Source of the DNA: Bdellovibrio sp. ZAP7
GTDB taxonomy: Bacteria > Bdellovibrionota > UBA1018 > CAIMNF01
Length of the DNA: 64,000 nt
NCBI GenBank assembly: GCA_945874535.1
Contig: CAMCGZ010000001.1
Coordinates: forward strand, 28,471-92,470
Reading direction: 5' to 3'
The position numbers and the translations under genes are program-made. Under the pieces are notes generated by a model. It was not told where the DNA came from and made no database searches. It saw only the letters and a list, made by a program, of their open reading frames with translations. Each line of letters starts with the position of its first letter. Position 1 is the stretch's first letter. This document shows, in pieces, positions 38,671-47,866 of the stretch.

Positions 38671-39666
38671 ATGTCACAACAAATGAATATTCAACAGCTT
38701 ACGGAAGTGATTCGCGACAAGAGTCGCTTCGTCGATACCCTTTTCGGAGAAGTCGGAAAAGTCGTGGTCGGGCAGTCCGCACTGGTCGAGAAACTCGTTC
38801 TCGCACTCCTGTGTGACGGGCACGTACTCCTCGAAGGACTTCCGGGTCTGGCAAAAACACTGACTGTGAAGACGCTGGCCCAGTCGATCAATGCCCGCTT
38901 CAACCGGATCCAGTTCACACCGGATCTCCTTCCCTCCGACCTGATCGGAACCATGATCTTCAATCAGAAGACCCATGAGTTTTTTCCGAAAAAAGGCCCG
39001 ATTTTCACCAACATCGTCCTGGCTGACGAAATCAACCGTGCCCCGGCCAAAGTCCAGAGCGCCCTGCTCGAAGCCATGGGCGAGCACCAGGTGACGATCG
39101 GTGAGACGACTTTCCCGCTCGAAGACCCGTTCATCGTTCTCGCGACGCAGAATCCGATCGAGCAAGAGGGAACTTATCCGCTTCCCGAGGCTCAGCTCGA
39201 CCGCTTCCTGTTCAAGGTCAAGGTGAGCTACCCGACCCTTGCAGAAGAAAAGATCATGATGAACCGGATGACCGCGAACGACCTCCCGGTAGCGAATCGG
39301 GTGTGCGACCCCGAAACCATTCTTGAAGCTCGCCGACTCTGCAATGACATTTACATGGACGAGAAGGTCAAGGATTACATCCTCAACATCATCTTCGCGT
39401 CGCGATTCCCCGAAAAACACGGACTCGCAGAACTCAAGGCGTTCATCAGTTCCGGAGGCTCTCCCCGTGCGACCCTAGCCCTCACCCGTGGCGCCCGCGC
39501 GAACGCATTCATCAACCACAGGGGATATGCGACTCCGGAAGACGTCAAGTCGGTCGCTTACGATATCCTCAGGCACCGCATTCTCCTCACCTACGAGGCA
39601 GAAGCAGAGAATGTCAGCTCGGATCAGATCGTCCGCCGAATTCTGGACCGGATCGAAGTTCCATGA
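38671..39666 (+). CDS. moxR: MoxR family AAA+ ATPase
   Basis: GLPGLAKT, RIQFTPDLLPSD, DEINRAPAKVQSALLE, QNPIEQEGTYPLPEAQLDRF. Confidence 0.95.
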   Translation: MSQQMNIQQLTEVIRDKSRFVDTLFGEVGKVVVGQSALVEKLVLALLCDGHVLLEGLPGLAKTLTVKTLAQSINARFNRIQFTPDLLPSDLIGTMIFNQKTHEFFPKKGPIFTNIVLADEINRAPAKVQSALLEAMGEHQVTIGETTFPLEDPFIVLATQNPIEQEGTYPLPEAQLDRFLFKVKVSYPTLAEEKIMMNRMTANDLPVANRVCDPETILEARRLCNDIYMDEKVKDYILNIIFASRFPEKHGLAELKAFISSGGSPRATLALTRGARANAFINHRGYATPEDVKSVAYDILRHRILLTYEAEAENVSSDQIVRRILDRIEVP

Positions 39667-40535
39667 ACGAAACCCTCCTGAAAAAGGTCAAACGCATCGA
39701 AATCGCAACGAAGCGGATGATGGACGACATCATGACCGGGGGATACAAGTCGCACTTCAAAGGACAGGGTGTGCAGTTTTCGGAACACCGCCAGTACATG
39801 CCCGGAGACGATATCCGTCACTTGGACTGGAAGGTCAGCGCGAGGAGCCGTGAACCTCTGGTCAAGCTTTACGAAGAGGAGCGCGAGCTGAATGTGTTCA
39901 TCATCGCGGACCTCTCGGCCTCGCTTGATTTCGGATCACTCAAAAACACTAAGCGCGAAGTCCTGGCAGAGCTCGCAGCGATGATCGCCTACGCCGCTTC
40001 GAATACCGGCGACAAGGTGGGTGTGCTTCTCGTTACCGATCGTGTCGAGAAAATCATCGAGCTCAAGAAGGGCAGGAACCATGTGCTCCGGATCATCCGT
40101 GACCTGCTCACCCATCCGACCCGTCCCGGAGGTACCGCTCTCCGGAAGGCACTCGAAGAAACCCGAAGGCTGATGAAGCACTCAGGGATCGTTTTCGTAT
40201 TGAGTGACTTCAAGGCGGAGGGGCTTGAAATTCCGGTTCGTCAGCTGTCGCGGAAACACGATGTTGTTGCCGTCAAGATCGAAGATGAGGCCGAGTTCAG
40301 CATCAAAACCAGCGGACGTTTTCCGATCCTCGATCCGGAATCGGGTCGGGTGTTCGAACTCGACACCCGCTCGAAGATCGAGAACGAGAGCCTCGACTTT
40401 TCAACCGCGGCTTTTGCTCAAAAAACCAAAACTCTTTTCAAACAGGCGGGAGTGGAAACACTCTCCATTCAAACCCGAGAGGACCATGCGGAACGATTGC
40501 TTCAGTTTCTCAAACGCCGCAAGCAGAAACGCTAA
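39663..40535 (+). CDS. DUF58 domain (VWA-like) protein
   Basis: G..FSEHRQY.PGDDIR.LDW.VSAR, EERE, LSDF. Confidence 0.92.
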   Translation: MNETLLKKVKRIEIATKRMMDDIMTGGYKSHFKGQGVQFSEHRQYMPGDDIRHLDWKVSARSREPLVKLYEEERELNVFIIADLSASLDFGSLKNTKREVLAELAAMIAYAASNTGDKVGVLLVTDRVEKIIELKKGRNHVLRIIRDLLTHPTRPGGTALRKALEETRRLMKHSGIVFVLSDFKAEGLEIPVRQLSRKHDVVAVKIEDEAEFSIKTSGRFPILDPESGRVFELDTRSKIENESLDFSTAAFAQKTKTLFKQAGVETLSIQTREDHAERLLQFLKRRKQKR

Positions 40536-41490
40536 AGCGCTTTTCGGCGCAATGGTGTTGCTTCTTGCATCCGCGTCGGCCGCCAGTGCCGCGGTTGAGA
40601 CTCCGCACGCCTTACCGGAAGCCCCTGTGAGTGAGGTGAATCGGAATGCCAACGGCAGCCAGTATCAGATCGGTGACCGGATCACTCTCGAGGCACGGGT
40701 TCCGCCCGGGGTGCTCGAGACCGGAGATCCGGTTCGATTGACAGAGGAGGGAGGCAAAGAGAGCTCCCAGTGGCTGCTCGATCCCCACCCGGAAGTGGCT
40801 CAAGGAACCGTTCGGTTCATTGTCGCACCGGTACAAACCGGAGAACTGGAGCTGCCCAAACTGAGAATTTCTCGTGAAGGTCGTGACCCCGTGGCGGTCA
40901 CCGGCGCATACAAGATCAGTGTATCCGGTCCGACCGCTGAGCCGGGTAAGAGCCCGGAGCTTCTGCCGGTAATGGAGATTTCGCTTTCCTGGTCTCACCG
41001 GATCCTGATCGCGTTTTTGTTTCTCGTGTTCTGTATATCGGCCTATTGGATTTACCGTAAGCTCCGCGCCCGGAAGACCAGCACATCATCCATTTCAGTA
41101 CCGCCCGCACCGAGCGAGACTCCTGATGAACTCGCCGTCCGCCGGATCGAGTCCTTGTTCAAACTGTATCCTTACTCTCCCGTTGCCCTGAAGCCGGTTT
41201 GTTTCGGGTGCTCGGAAATCTTGAAGGACTTTTTATCCGCTCGCTTCCAGGTGGATGCCTCGGAATCGACGACACGCGAGATGCTCGATCTCCTGCGCGG
41301 CTCAGGAATGGAGCGGGATTCCTTACGCGAGATCGAAACCTTATTCTCCACGCTGGATCTGGTGAAGTTCACCCGGGAAGAGAATTTCAAGCACCTGAAC
41401 GAGGTGGACTATTCCTCTGTCCGGGCTGGCGCCCTTCTGATCATCGATCGTTGGCGTTCGGCTCCCGAGCGAGTGGAGGCTAGGCCATGA
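40486..41490 (+). CDS. Bat-cluster accessory protein (signal peptide, Ig-like domain, TM, ESTTRE domain)
   Basis: Position between DUF58 and batA; ESTTREML, DLVKF motifs; start 40486 or 40552. Confidence 0.75.
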   Translation: MRNDCFSFSNAASRNAKALFGAMVLLLASASAASAAVETPHALPEAPVSEVNRNANGSQYQIGDRITLEARVPPGVLETGDPVRLTEEGGKESSQWLLDPHPEVAQGTVRFIVAPVQTGELELPKLRISREGRDPVAVTGAYKISVSGPTAEPGKSPELLPVMEISLSWSHRILIAFLFLVFCISAYWIYRKLRARKTSTSSISVPPAPSETPDELAVRRIESLFKLYPYSPVALKPVCFGCSEILKDFLSARFQVDASESTTREMLDLLRGSGMERDSLREIETLFSTLDLVKFTREENFKHLNEVDYSSVRAGALLIIDRWRSAPERVEARP

Positions 41491-42479
41491 GATTCGCCTA
41501 TCCGCTCGTTTTCCTGCTGTTGATTCCGATTCCGTTTTTATTCCGGTATTTGCTCAGAAGGCAGTCCCTGCCGCCGATCCGGCTCCAGCTCTTCGGCTAC
41601 ACTCCGCGTGATTCCAGATTGCCGTCTCCGGCGTTGATTCAAACCGCACTGAAGACCGTCGCATTGCTTTTCTTGATCACCGGCCTTGCCCGCCCCCAAA
41701 GCATTTCAAAGACCCAGGAAAGAAAAGCGAATGGAGTGGACATTGTCATGGTGCTCGACGTGTCGCTCAGCATGCTCATCCAGGATATGGGTGATGCCAA
41801 CCGGATGGAGATCGCCAAACAAACCTTCAGACAGTTTATCGAAGGCCGGACGAACGACCGGATCGGATTCGTGATGTTCAGCGGTGAACCGATCACACTC
41901 GCGCCGCCGACCCTCGACTACGGATTGCTTCTTTCTCAATTGCGTACGGTTGAGCCCGGAGGAAACGGCCTTCGCGATGGAACTGCCATCGGAGACGGTC
42001 TCGCCCTGGCGATCAATCGCCTGAAAAAATCTTCGGCCAAAAGCCGGATCGTGATCCTCCTGACCGACGGTGACAACAATGTCGGCAGGATCGATCCCAT
42101 CACCGCCGGGGAACTGGCCCAGGGGTATGCCGTGAAGGTCTATTCCATCGCCATCGGGACTGAGGGCCGGGTGAAACAGCCCCTCCCGGTCATCACTCCG
42201 CTCGGGAAGTCCTTTCAGCATGTCTGGGTCGAGAATCGCCTCAACCCGACTCTGCTCGCCCAGATCTCCGAGAAAACCCAAGGGAAGTTCTATCGGGTTC
42301 AAGACGAACAAGCCCTGATCGAGGTGTTCCGCGATATCGACCGTCTCGAGAAGACCGAGATCACCACCAAAGACAAACTCAATTATCATGAAGAATTCCT
42401 CCCTTGGGTTTATGCCGCTTTGTTCTGTCTTCTGGCTGAGCGGATCCTCGCTTCATTCTGGTGGAGGCAGTGGGCATGA
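41487..42479 (+). CDS. batA: BatA-like VWA protein
   Basis: N-terminal TMs, LARPQ, MIDAS DVSLSM, GTAIGDG, LTDGDNN. Confidence 0.9.
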   Translation: MRFAYPLVFLLLIPIPFLFRYLLRRQSLPPIRLQLFGYTPRDSRLPSPALIQTALKTVALLFLITGLARPQSISKTQERKANGVDIVMVLDVSLSMLIQDMGDANRMEIAKQTFRQFIEGRTNDRIGFVMFSGEPITLAPPTLDYGLLLSQLRTVEPGGNGLRDGTAIGDGLALAINRLKKSSAKSRIVILLTDGDNNVGRIDPITAGELAQGYAVKVYSIAIGTEGRVKQPLPVITPLGKSFQHVWVENRLNPTLLAQISEKTQGKFYRVQDEQALIEVFRDIDRLEKTEITTKDKLNYHEEFLPWVYAALFCLLAERILASFWWRQWA

Positions 42480-44224
42480 GCTTCGGGAATCCTCGCGCAT
42501 GGCTGGTTCTCTTGCTCGGGCTCGTGATGCTCGCGCTGGCGCACGCCCAGACGATCGGCCAACAAAAACGGCTTTCTGAATGGATCGACCGCAGCCTCTG
42601 GCCGAAAGTGATTCCAGAATTTTCCTGGAAGGCCTTCCTCCGCAAGCAGGCTTGGCTCGCACTCGCGCTCCTGTTCGCAGGCATCGCCCTCATGCGACCC
42701 CAGTGGGGTGAGAAAGAGGAGATGATCGACAGCAAAGGGATGGATATTGTTTTCCTTCTCGATCTGTCCAACAGCATTCTCGCCGAGGACACCCCGCCCA
42801 GCCGGCTCGATCGAGCCCGGACCTTCATCAAAAAGACCCTCGATGGTCTGGCGGATGACCGGGTTGGAATCGTCGGCTTTGCCGGAAAGGCTGTTCTCGC
42901 CGTCCCTCTGACCACCGACTTCGGATATGTGACCGAGATGGTCGAAACCTTGGATCCATCGATGATCGCGAGCCAGGGAACCGAAATTGCAAAAGCCATC
43001 GATTCCGGCATCAAGGCATTCGAAAGGAGCGCTGAAGACACACGGAAGTCATCGAAAGCCTTCGTTCTGGTGACAGACGGCGAAGACTTCGGAGAGGGTG
43101 CCGGTGCCGCGGCGTCGAAAATCCGTGAATTGGGATCGGGGTTTTTCGTGGTGGCGGTGGGAACCAAAGAAGGCGCACCCGTACCCGTGAGGAACCGGGC
43201 CGGAGTGCTTCAAACCTACAAGAAGGACCGGGATCAGAAGATCGTCCTGAGCCGTGTGAACAAGGAACTGCTCTCTCAAATCGCCAGTGAGGGGGGAGGA
43301 ACGATGATCGATCTCGTGAATCCGGATGACGCGTCTTATGAACTGATCCGTGGTCTCAGGGGACTCAGCCGGGACGCAACCCGCCAGCAACGCCAGGTCA
43401 CCCGGATTGAGCGGTTTCACTATTTTTTGGCAGTTTCCGTGATTTTTCTGATGCTCCACCTGTTCGCCGGATACCTTCCGGGTAGGAGATCCGGTATCGC
43501 GTTTTTGTTCGCACTCCTGCTGATTCCGTCGGGCGCATCCGCACAGACTCTCAAGGGATACATCGAAGCCAAAAAGGCCCAGCGCCTGCATTCTGATCGG
43601 GACTTCGCGGGCGCCGCAGAAGTGTACGGGGGCGCGACCAAGCTCGAGCCCGATTCCGCACCGCTCAAGTACAATCAGGCTACGGCCTTGTCAAACTCCG
43701 GAAAACACGAGGACTCTTTGCCGCTCTTCGAGGAGGTGACCAAACAGTCACTGGCAGAGGGCGACTATGCTTCAGCTGCACGGGCACTGTATAACGAAGG
43801 CGTGACACTCAGTCAGGCCGGCAAACCGCGGGAGTCTCTCGATCGGCTGACCAAAGCGATTGAGTTGGCGAAAATCCTGAAAGACGGAGAAATCGAAAAA
43901 CGCGCCCGGCAGGCGCTGGCCAAGTCTTCGGAGCAAAATCAGCAGCAACAAGATCAGAAGGAACAGGATCAGAAAAACCAGGATCAGAAGCAAAAGAAGG
44001 ATCAAGAACAGGGAGATCAGAAATCCAAGCCCAAGCAGGAAGGGGATGACTCCCAGAAGCAGGGTCCCGAAGAAGGTAAGAAACGCCAGTTCAGGAGCGG
44101 AACCCTCTCCAAGGACGTGGCAGAGAGCATCATGAACGACCTGTCGGATCGCGAAAAACAGTTGCATCAGAATCGCCTGAAAGAACAGAAAGGCCGGGAG
44201 ATGGAAAATGACAAAGACTGGTAA
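42476..44224 (+). CDS. BatB-BatC-like fusion (VWA + TPR + Q/K-rich tail)
   Basis: RPQWG, DLSNSI, TDGED, TM, TPR YNxG motifs, terminal KDW. Confidence 0.85.
   Translation: MSFGNPRAWLVLLLGLVMLALAHAQTIGQQKRLSEWIDRSLWPKVIPEFSWKAFLRKQAWLALALLFAGIALMRPQWGEKEEMIDSKGMDIVFLLDLSNSILAEDTPPSRLDRARTFIKKTLDGLADDRVGIVGFAGKAVLAVPLTTDFGYVTEMVETLDPSMIASQGTEIAKAIDSGIKAFERSAEDTRKSSKAFVLVTDGEDFGEGAGAAASKIRELGSGFFVVAVGTKEGAPVPVRNRAGVLQTYKKDRDQKIVLSRVNKELLSQIASEGGGTMIDLVNPDDASYELIRGLRGLSRDATRQQRQVTRIERFHYFLAVSVIFLMLHLFAGYLPGRRSGIAFLFALLLIPSGASAQTLKGYIEAKKAQRLHSDRDFAGAAEVYGGATKLEPDSAPLKYNQATALSNSGKHEDSLPLFEEVTKQSLAEGDYASAARALYNEGVTLSQAGKPRESLDRLTKAIELAKILKDGEIEKRARQALAKSSEQNQQQQDQKEQDQKNQDQKQKKDQEQGDQKSKPKQEGDDSQKQGPEEGKKRQFRSGTLSKDVAESIMNDLSDREKQLHQNRLKEQKGREMENDKDW
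43935..44025 (+). repeat. Degenerate 15-nt coding repeats (CAGGATCAGAA core; QDQK)
   Basis: QQQDQKEQDQKNQDQKQKKDQEQGDQK. Confidence 0.65.
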
Positions 44225-46061
44225 GACCTTCATTTCCGCACTCATTTTATTTTGCATCCATTCGGGTACGGCATTCGCCGGAATCCAGGCCTCCGTCGAC
44301 CGGCAGGAGGTTCCACAAGACGAGTCGGTCTCCCTGAAGATCGTCCGGACCGGAGAAAGCGAGAAGCCACTCAATCCGAAGTTCGACGCACCGGACTTCG
44401 AGATCGTCAATCAGTTCCAGAACTCCCAATTCTCTTCGGTGTACATCAATGGGAAATTCGAGAACCGCTCGGAGGAGAGTGTGACCTTCATCCTGCGTCC
44501 ACTGAAGGTCGGTGCACTCCGGATCCGCAATATCTCCAACAGCGGAGAAAAGGCGTCCGACATCACGGTCCAGGTGATCCAGGAACAGCTCAACCGGAAA
44601 CCCGTTGCGGGTGATGGGGGCGCGCTCAAGGGCGACGCCAAGAACTTCTTTGTGCGGGGTGAGGTGAACACCTCCCGGGTTTACAAGGGCGAGCAGGTGA
44701 TCGTGAGCTTCTATCTTTACCGGAGGACCCGGGCCCAGGTCCGCGACGTGCTTCAGTATCCGTCATTCCAAGGCTTCATCCGTGAGGATCTCGAGATGCC
44801 CATCCTTTCGAACCGTCCCGACTTCGAGGCGGTCAGCCTCGGCGGCGTTCCCATGGAGCGGGCGCTCCTCGCCCGGTATGCCATTTATCCTATCAAAGAA
44901 GGCAAACTGAAAGTCGATGGCTTCTCGGTGAAGGTGGACTACGTACCCAAGAATCCGGCGACAGATGAGATGCTCGAAGATCCGGTGTTCCAGTTTTTCA
45001 CGCAGGTGACTCCGAGAAGTGGCAGTTCGAGGAGTGATCCCATCCTGATCGATGTGCAGCCACTCCCCGAGGACGGCAAGACCCAGCTCTTCACCGGCGG
45101 GGTTGGAGACTTCGAGGTTTCGGCCCAGCTGGATGCGAACCGGATTCAGGCTCACGCCCCCTTGAACTTCAAGGTCTCCGTGAAAGGAAAGGGCAACACG
45201 AGTCTGGTGGAATTCCCCAAGGTGAACTGGCCAAAGGGCTTGCGCCTCTACGAATCCCAGGGGAAGTCGAAGTCACTGGGGCAAGGACTCTCCGAGAAAG
45301 TGTTCGAAGTCGTGGTGATTCCGGAGGTGGCGGGGGAAACCGAGATTCCACCGGTTGAGTTCGAGTTCTTCAGTCCCGAGAGCCGGTCGTATGTCCGGCG
45401 CAAAACAGCTGCCATACCGATTCAGGTGGCACCGGGCGATCCCTCACAGGCTCCGGCCATGCCCCGTTCCGGCACCGAAGGGAACGAGCGGGTCGATAGC
45501 ATTCCAACAGCCGGGAGTCCCGGCTATGGTGCGATCCGGGAGCGCGACAAATCATCCGAGGGGTTCGGAGGGCAGCCCTGGTGGCGCCTGGTGGCATGGG
45601 CCGGCCTCCTGATGTTCTTCTCTTTTGCGGGCTTGGTGGCCTGGGATCAAACCAAAAAACGATCGCTCGCAAGGCTCGAGGTCCTGAAGAAGAAGCAAAG
45701 CGTAGACCGCCTCTGGTCGAACCTTGCTGAAGCCGCCCAGAAAGCCGTCACGCCGCAAGATGCCGGTAAAGTGCTCGAGCAACTGAAGGATGAAGTTTAT
45801 AAGTCCTTAGATGAGGGCTTCGGGTTGAGTTCGCGAGCCCTTCCCAAGCGCGAACTTGCCAGGATTCTGACGGAACAGCACTCTCTCCGGAATGAAGACT
45901 GGCAGACTCTCGATACCCTCTTTGAAACGGCCGAGCGAGTCCGCTTCTCCTCCCAGTCCGGAGACTCCGGAATCTCGGGGGAGCGTGTCATGAATCTGGT
46001 CGAGTCCGTTCGGAAAATTTGCGCGGGAATTCCTCGCAAATCGATGGAAATACAAGCCTAA
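44208..46061 (+). CDS. batD: BatD-like protein
   Basis: Signal peptide, tandem Ig-like domains, FTGGVGDF, G.GN, TM near the C-terminus. Confidence 0.85.
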   Translation: MTKTGKTFISALILFCIHSGTAFAGIQASVDRQEVPQDESVSLKIVRTGESEKPLNPKFDAPDFEIVNQFQNSQFSSVYINGKFENRSEESVTFILRPLKVGALRIRNISNSGEKASDITVQVIQEQLNRKPVAGDGGALKGDAKNFFVRGEVNTSRVYKGEQVIVSFYLYRRTRAQVRDVLQYPSFQGFIREDLEMPILSNRPDFEAVSLGGVPMERALLARYAIYPIKEGKLKVDGFSVKVDYVPKNPATDEMLEDPVFQFFTQVTPRSGSSRSDPILIDVQPLPEDGKTQLFTGGVGDFEVSAQLDANRIQAHAPLNFKVSVKGKGNTSLVEFPKVNWPKGLRLYESQGKSKSLGQGLSEKVFEVVVIPEVAGETEIPPVEFEFFSPESRSYVRRKTAAIPIQVAPGDPSQAPAMPRSGTEGNERVDSIPTAGSPGYGAIRERDKSSEGFGGQPWWRLVAWAGLLMFFSFAGLVAWDQTKKRSLARLEVLKKKQSVDRLWSNLAEAAQKAVTPQDAGKVLEQLKDEVYKSLDEGFGLSSRALPKRELARILTEQHSLRNEDWQTLDTLFETAERVRFSSQSGDSGISGERVMNLVESVRKICAGIPRKSMEIQA

Positions 46062-46118
46062 TTTCTCTATAATCTGGCTAAAGCGAAATTGTATTCCCGC
46101 TCCTGAAAGGACAACACC

Positions 46119-46892
46119 ATGAATCTCTATGTGTGCATCAAACAGGTTCCCGATACGGAAACCAAAATCAAGGTCAATGGCGACGGAACCGGCATCGACA
46201 CCGCCGGCATCAAGTGGATCATGTCTTCATATGATGAATTCGGAGTCGAAGAGGCGCTTCGCCTGAAAGAAAAAACTCCGGGGGCGACCGTTACAGTCGT
46301 TTCTGCAGGACCCGATCGCGTGATTGAAACCCTCCGTACCGCTCTGGCCATGGGTGCGGACAATGCGATTCACGTCGAACTTCCTGAAACCGCCGATAGC
46401 GCCATGACTGCGAAGGCCATCGCCGGAACCCTCAAAAAAGAGGCCAAAGTCGATCTCGTGTTCTTCGGAAAAGAAGCACTCGATGACGGCGCATCCCAAG
46501 TTCCGCAACTGGTTGCGGCCCACCTCGCCCTTCCAGCGGTGACCGTGGTTTGCGGAATCGAGTATTCGGGCAGCACGCTCAAGTGCAAGCGCGAGATCGA
46601 GGGCGGATCCTTCGAGATGGTCGAAGTTTCGGCTCCCGCCGTGATCGCGGGCAGCAAGGGGCTCAACGAGCCTCGTTATGCCACACTCCCGAACATCATG
46701 AAGGCCAAGAAGAAGGAAGTGAAGGCCGTGAAGCTCGCAGACATCGGCGTTTCGGCCTCCGACCAGAAAATCAAGATGAAGAATCTCCAGCTGCCTCCTC
46801 CGAAGCAGGCCGGAAAGAAAATCGATGGGGATGCCGGAGTCCAAGCTCAACAGCTGGCTCAAGCACTCCACAATGAAGCGAAGGTGATCTAA
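46119..46892 (+). CDS. etfB: Electron transfer flavoprotein beta subunit
   Basis: CIKQVPDTE, ALAMGAD, NEPRY, IMKAKKK. Confidence 0.95.
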   Translation: MNLYVCIKQVPDTETKIKVNGDGTGIDTAGIKWIMSSYDEFGVEEALRLKEKTPGATVTVVSAGPDRVIETLRTALAMGADNAIHVELPETADSAMTAKAIAGTLKKEAKVDLVFFGKEALDDGASQVPQLVAAHLALPAVTVVCGIEYSGSTLKCKREIEGGSFEMVEVSAPAVIAGSKGLNEPRYATLPNIMKAKKKEVKAVKLADIGVSASDQKIKMKNLQLPPPKQAGKKIDGDAGVQAQQLAQALHNEAKVI

Positions 46893-46894
46893 TC

Positions 46895-47860
46895 ATGGCA
46901 AAAGTACTCGTATTCATCGAACAACGTGAAGGTAAAGCAAAGAAAGCCAGTTACGAGCTCGTTGCGGCATCGGCAGCGGCTGGAAATGAGACCCACGCCG
47001 TGATCATCGGCGATGCCGTCTCCGGACTCGCCAATGAGTCGGCTCAATTCGGCGCAAACAAGGTTCACCTGGTACAGGATGCGGCCCTGAAGCTTTACAC
47101 CGCGGAATCCTACTCTCGCGCCCTGATGGCAGCGATCAAGACCGTGAACCCGGAAATCGTTCTCGCGGCACACACCCCCATGGGGAAGGAGTTTCTTCCT
47201 CTCGTGTCCGTAATGGCCGATGCGGCTCTCGCAACAGACTGCACCTCGATCGCTTTCGGTGGCGGCAAGCTCGCATTGAAGCGCCCGGTGTATTCGGGCA
47301 AGGCTGCAGCTGAAGTGGAGTTCACCGGCGCAGAAATGCAAATGGCGACGATCCGTCCGAACTCGATCGGGCTTCCGAAGCCCGATACCTCGAAAACCGC
47401 AGATCCGGGATCCATCAGCGTGGACCTTTCCGGTCTCAAGACCAAGATCCTCGAAGTGGTCAAAGGCAATTCGGCCCGCCCCGATGTGACCGAGGCTGCG
47501 ATCGTCGTCTCGGGTGGACGCGCACTCAAGAATGCCGACAACTTCAAGATCCTTGAAGATCTCGCTGACACCGTCGGTGCTGCGGTCGGCGCCTCTCGCG
47601 CTGCCGTCGATGCCGGATACCGTCCGCATCGCGACCAGGTGGGACAGACTGGCAAAGTGGTCTCCCCGTCTTGCTACATCGCCTGCGGAATCAGCGGTGC
47701 CATCCAGCACCTCGCCGGCATGCGCAGCTCGAAAGTGATCGTAGCAATCAATTCGGATCCTCAGGCGCCGATCTTCCAGATTGCCGACTACGGCATTGTC
47801 GGAGACCTGTTCCAAGTGGTTCCCGCACTCACGACCGAGTTCAAGAAAATCAAGGAGTAA
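46895..47860 (+). CDS. etfA: Electron transfer flavoprotein alpha subunit
   Basis: VSGGR, GASRAAVD, QVGQTGK, GISGAIQHLAGM. Confidence 0.96.
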   Translation: MAKVLVFIEQREGKAKKASYELVAASAAAGNETHAVIIGDAVSGLANESAQFGANKVHLVQDAALKLYTAESYSRALMAAIKTVNPEIVLAAHTPMGKEFLPLVSVMADAALATDCTSIAFGGGKLALKRPVYSGKAAAEVEFTGAEMQMATIRPNSIGLPKPDTSKTADPGSISVDLSGLKTKILEVVKGNSARPDVTEAAIVVSGGRALKNADNFKILEDLADTVGAAVGASRAAVDAGYRPHRDQVGQTGKVVSPSCYIACGISGAIQHLAGMRSSKVIVAINSDPQAPIFQIADYGIVGDLFQVVPALTTEFKKIKE

Positions 47861-47866
47861 CAAGGA

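Noticed and set aside
43935-44025. Short repeats as a CRISPR array or VNTR
   Set aside because: In-frame low-complexity QDQK linker typical of BatC-like proteins; no repeat-spacer structure
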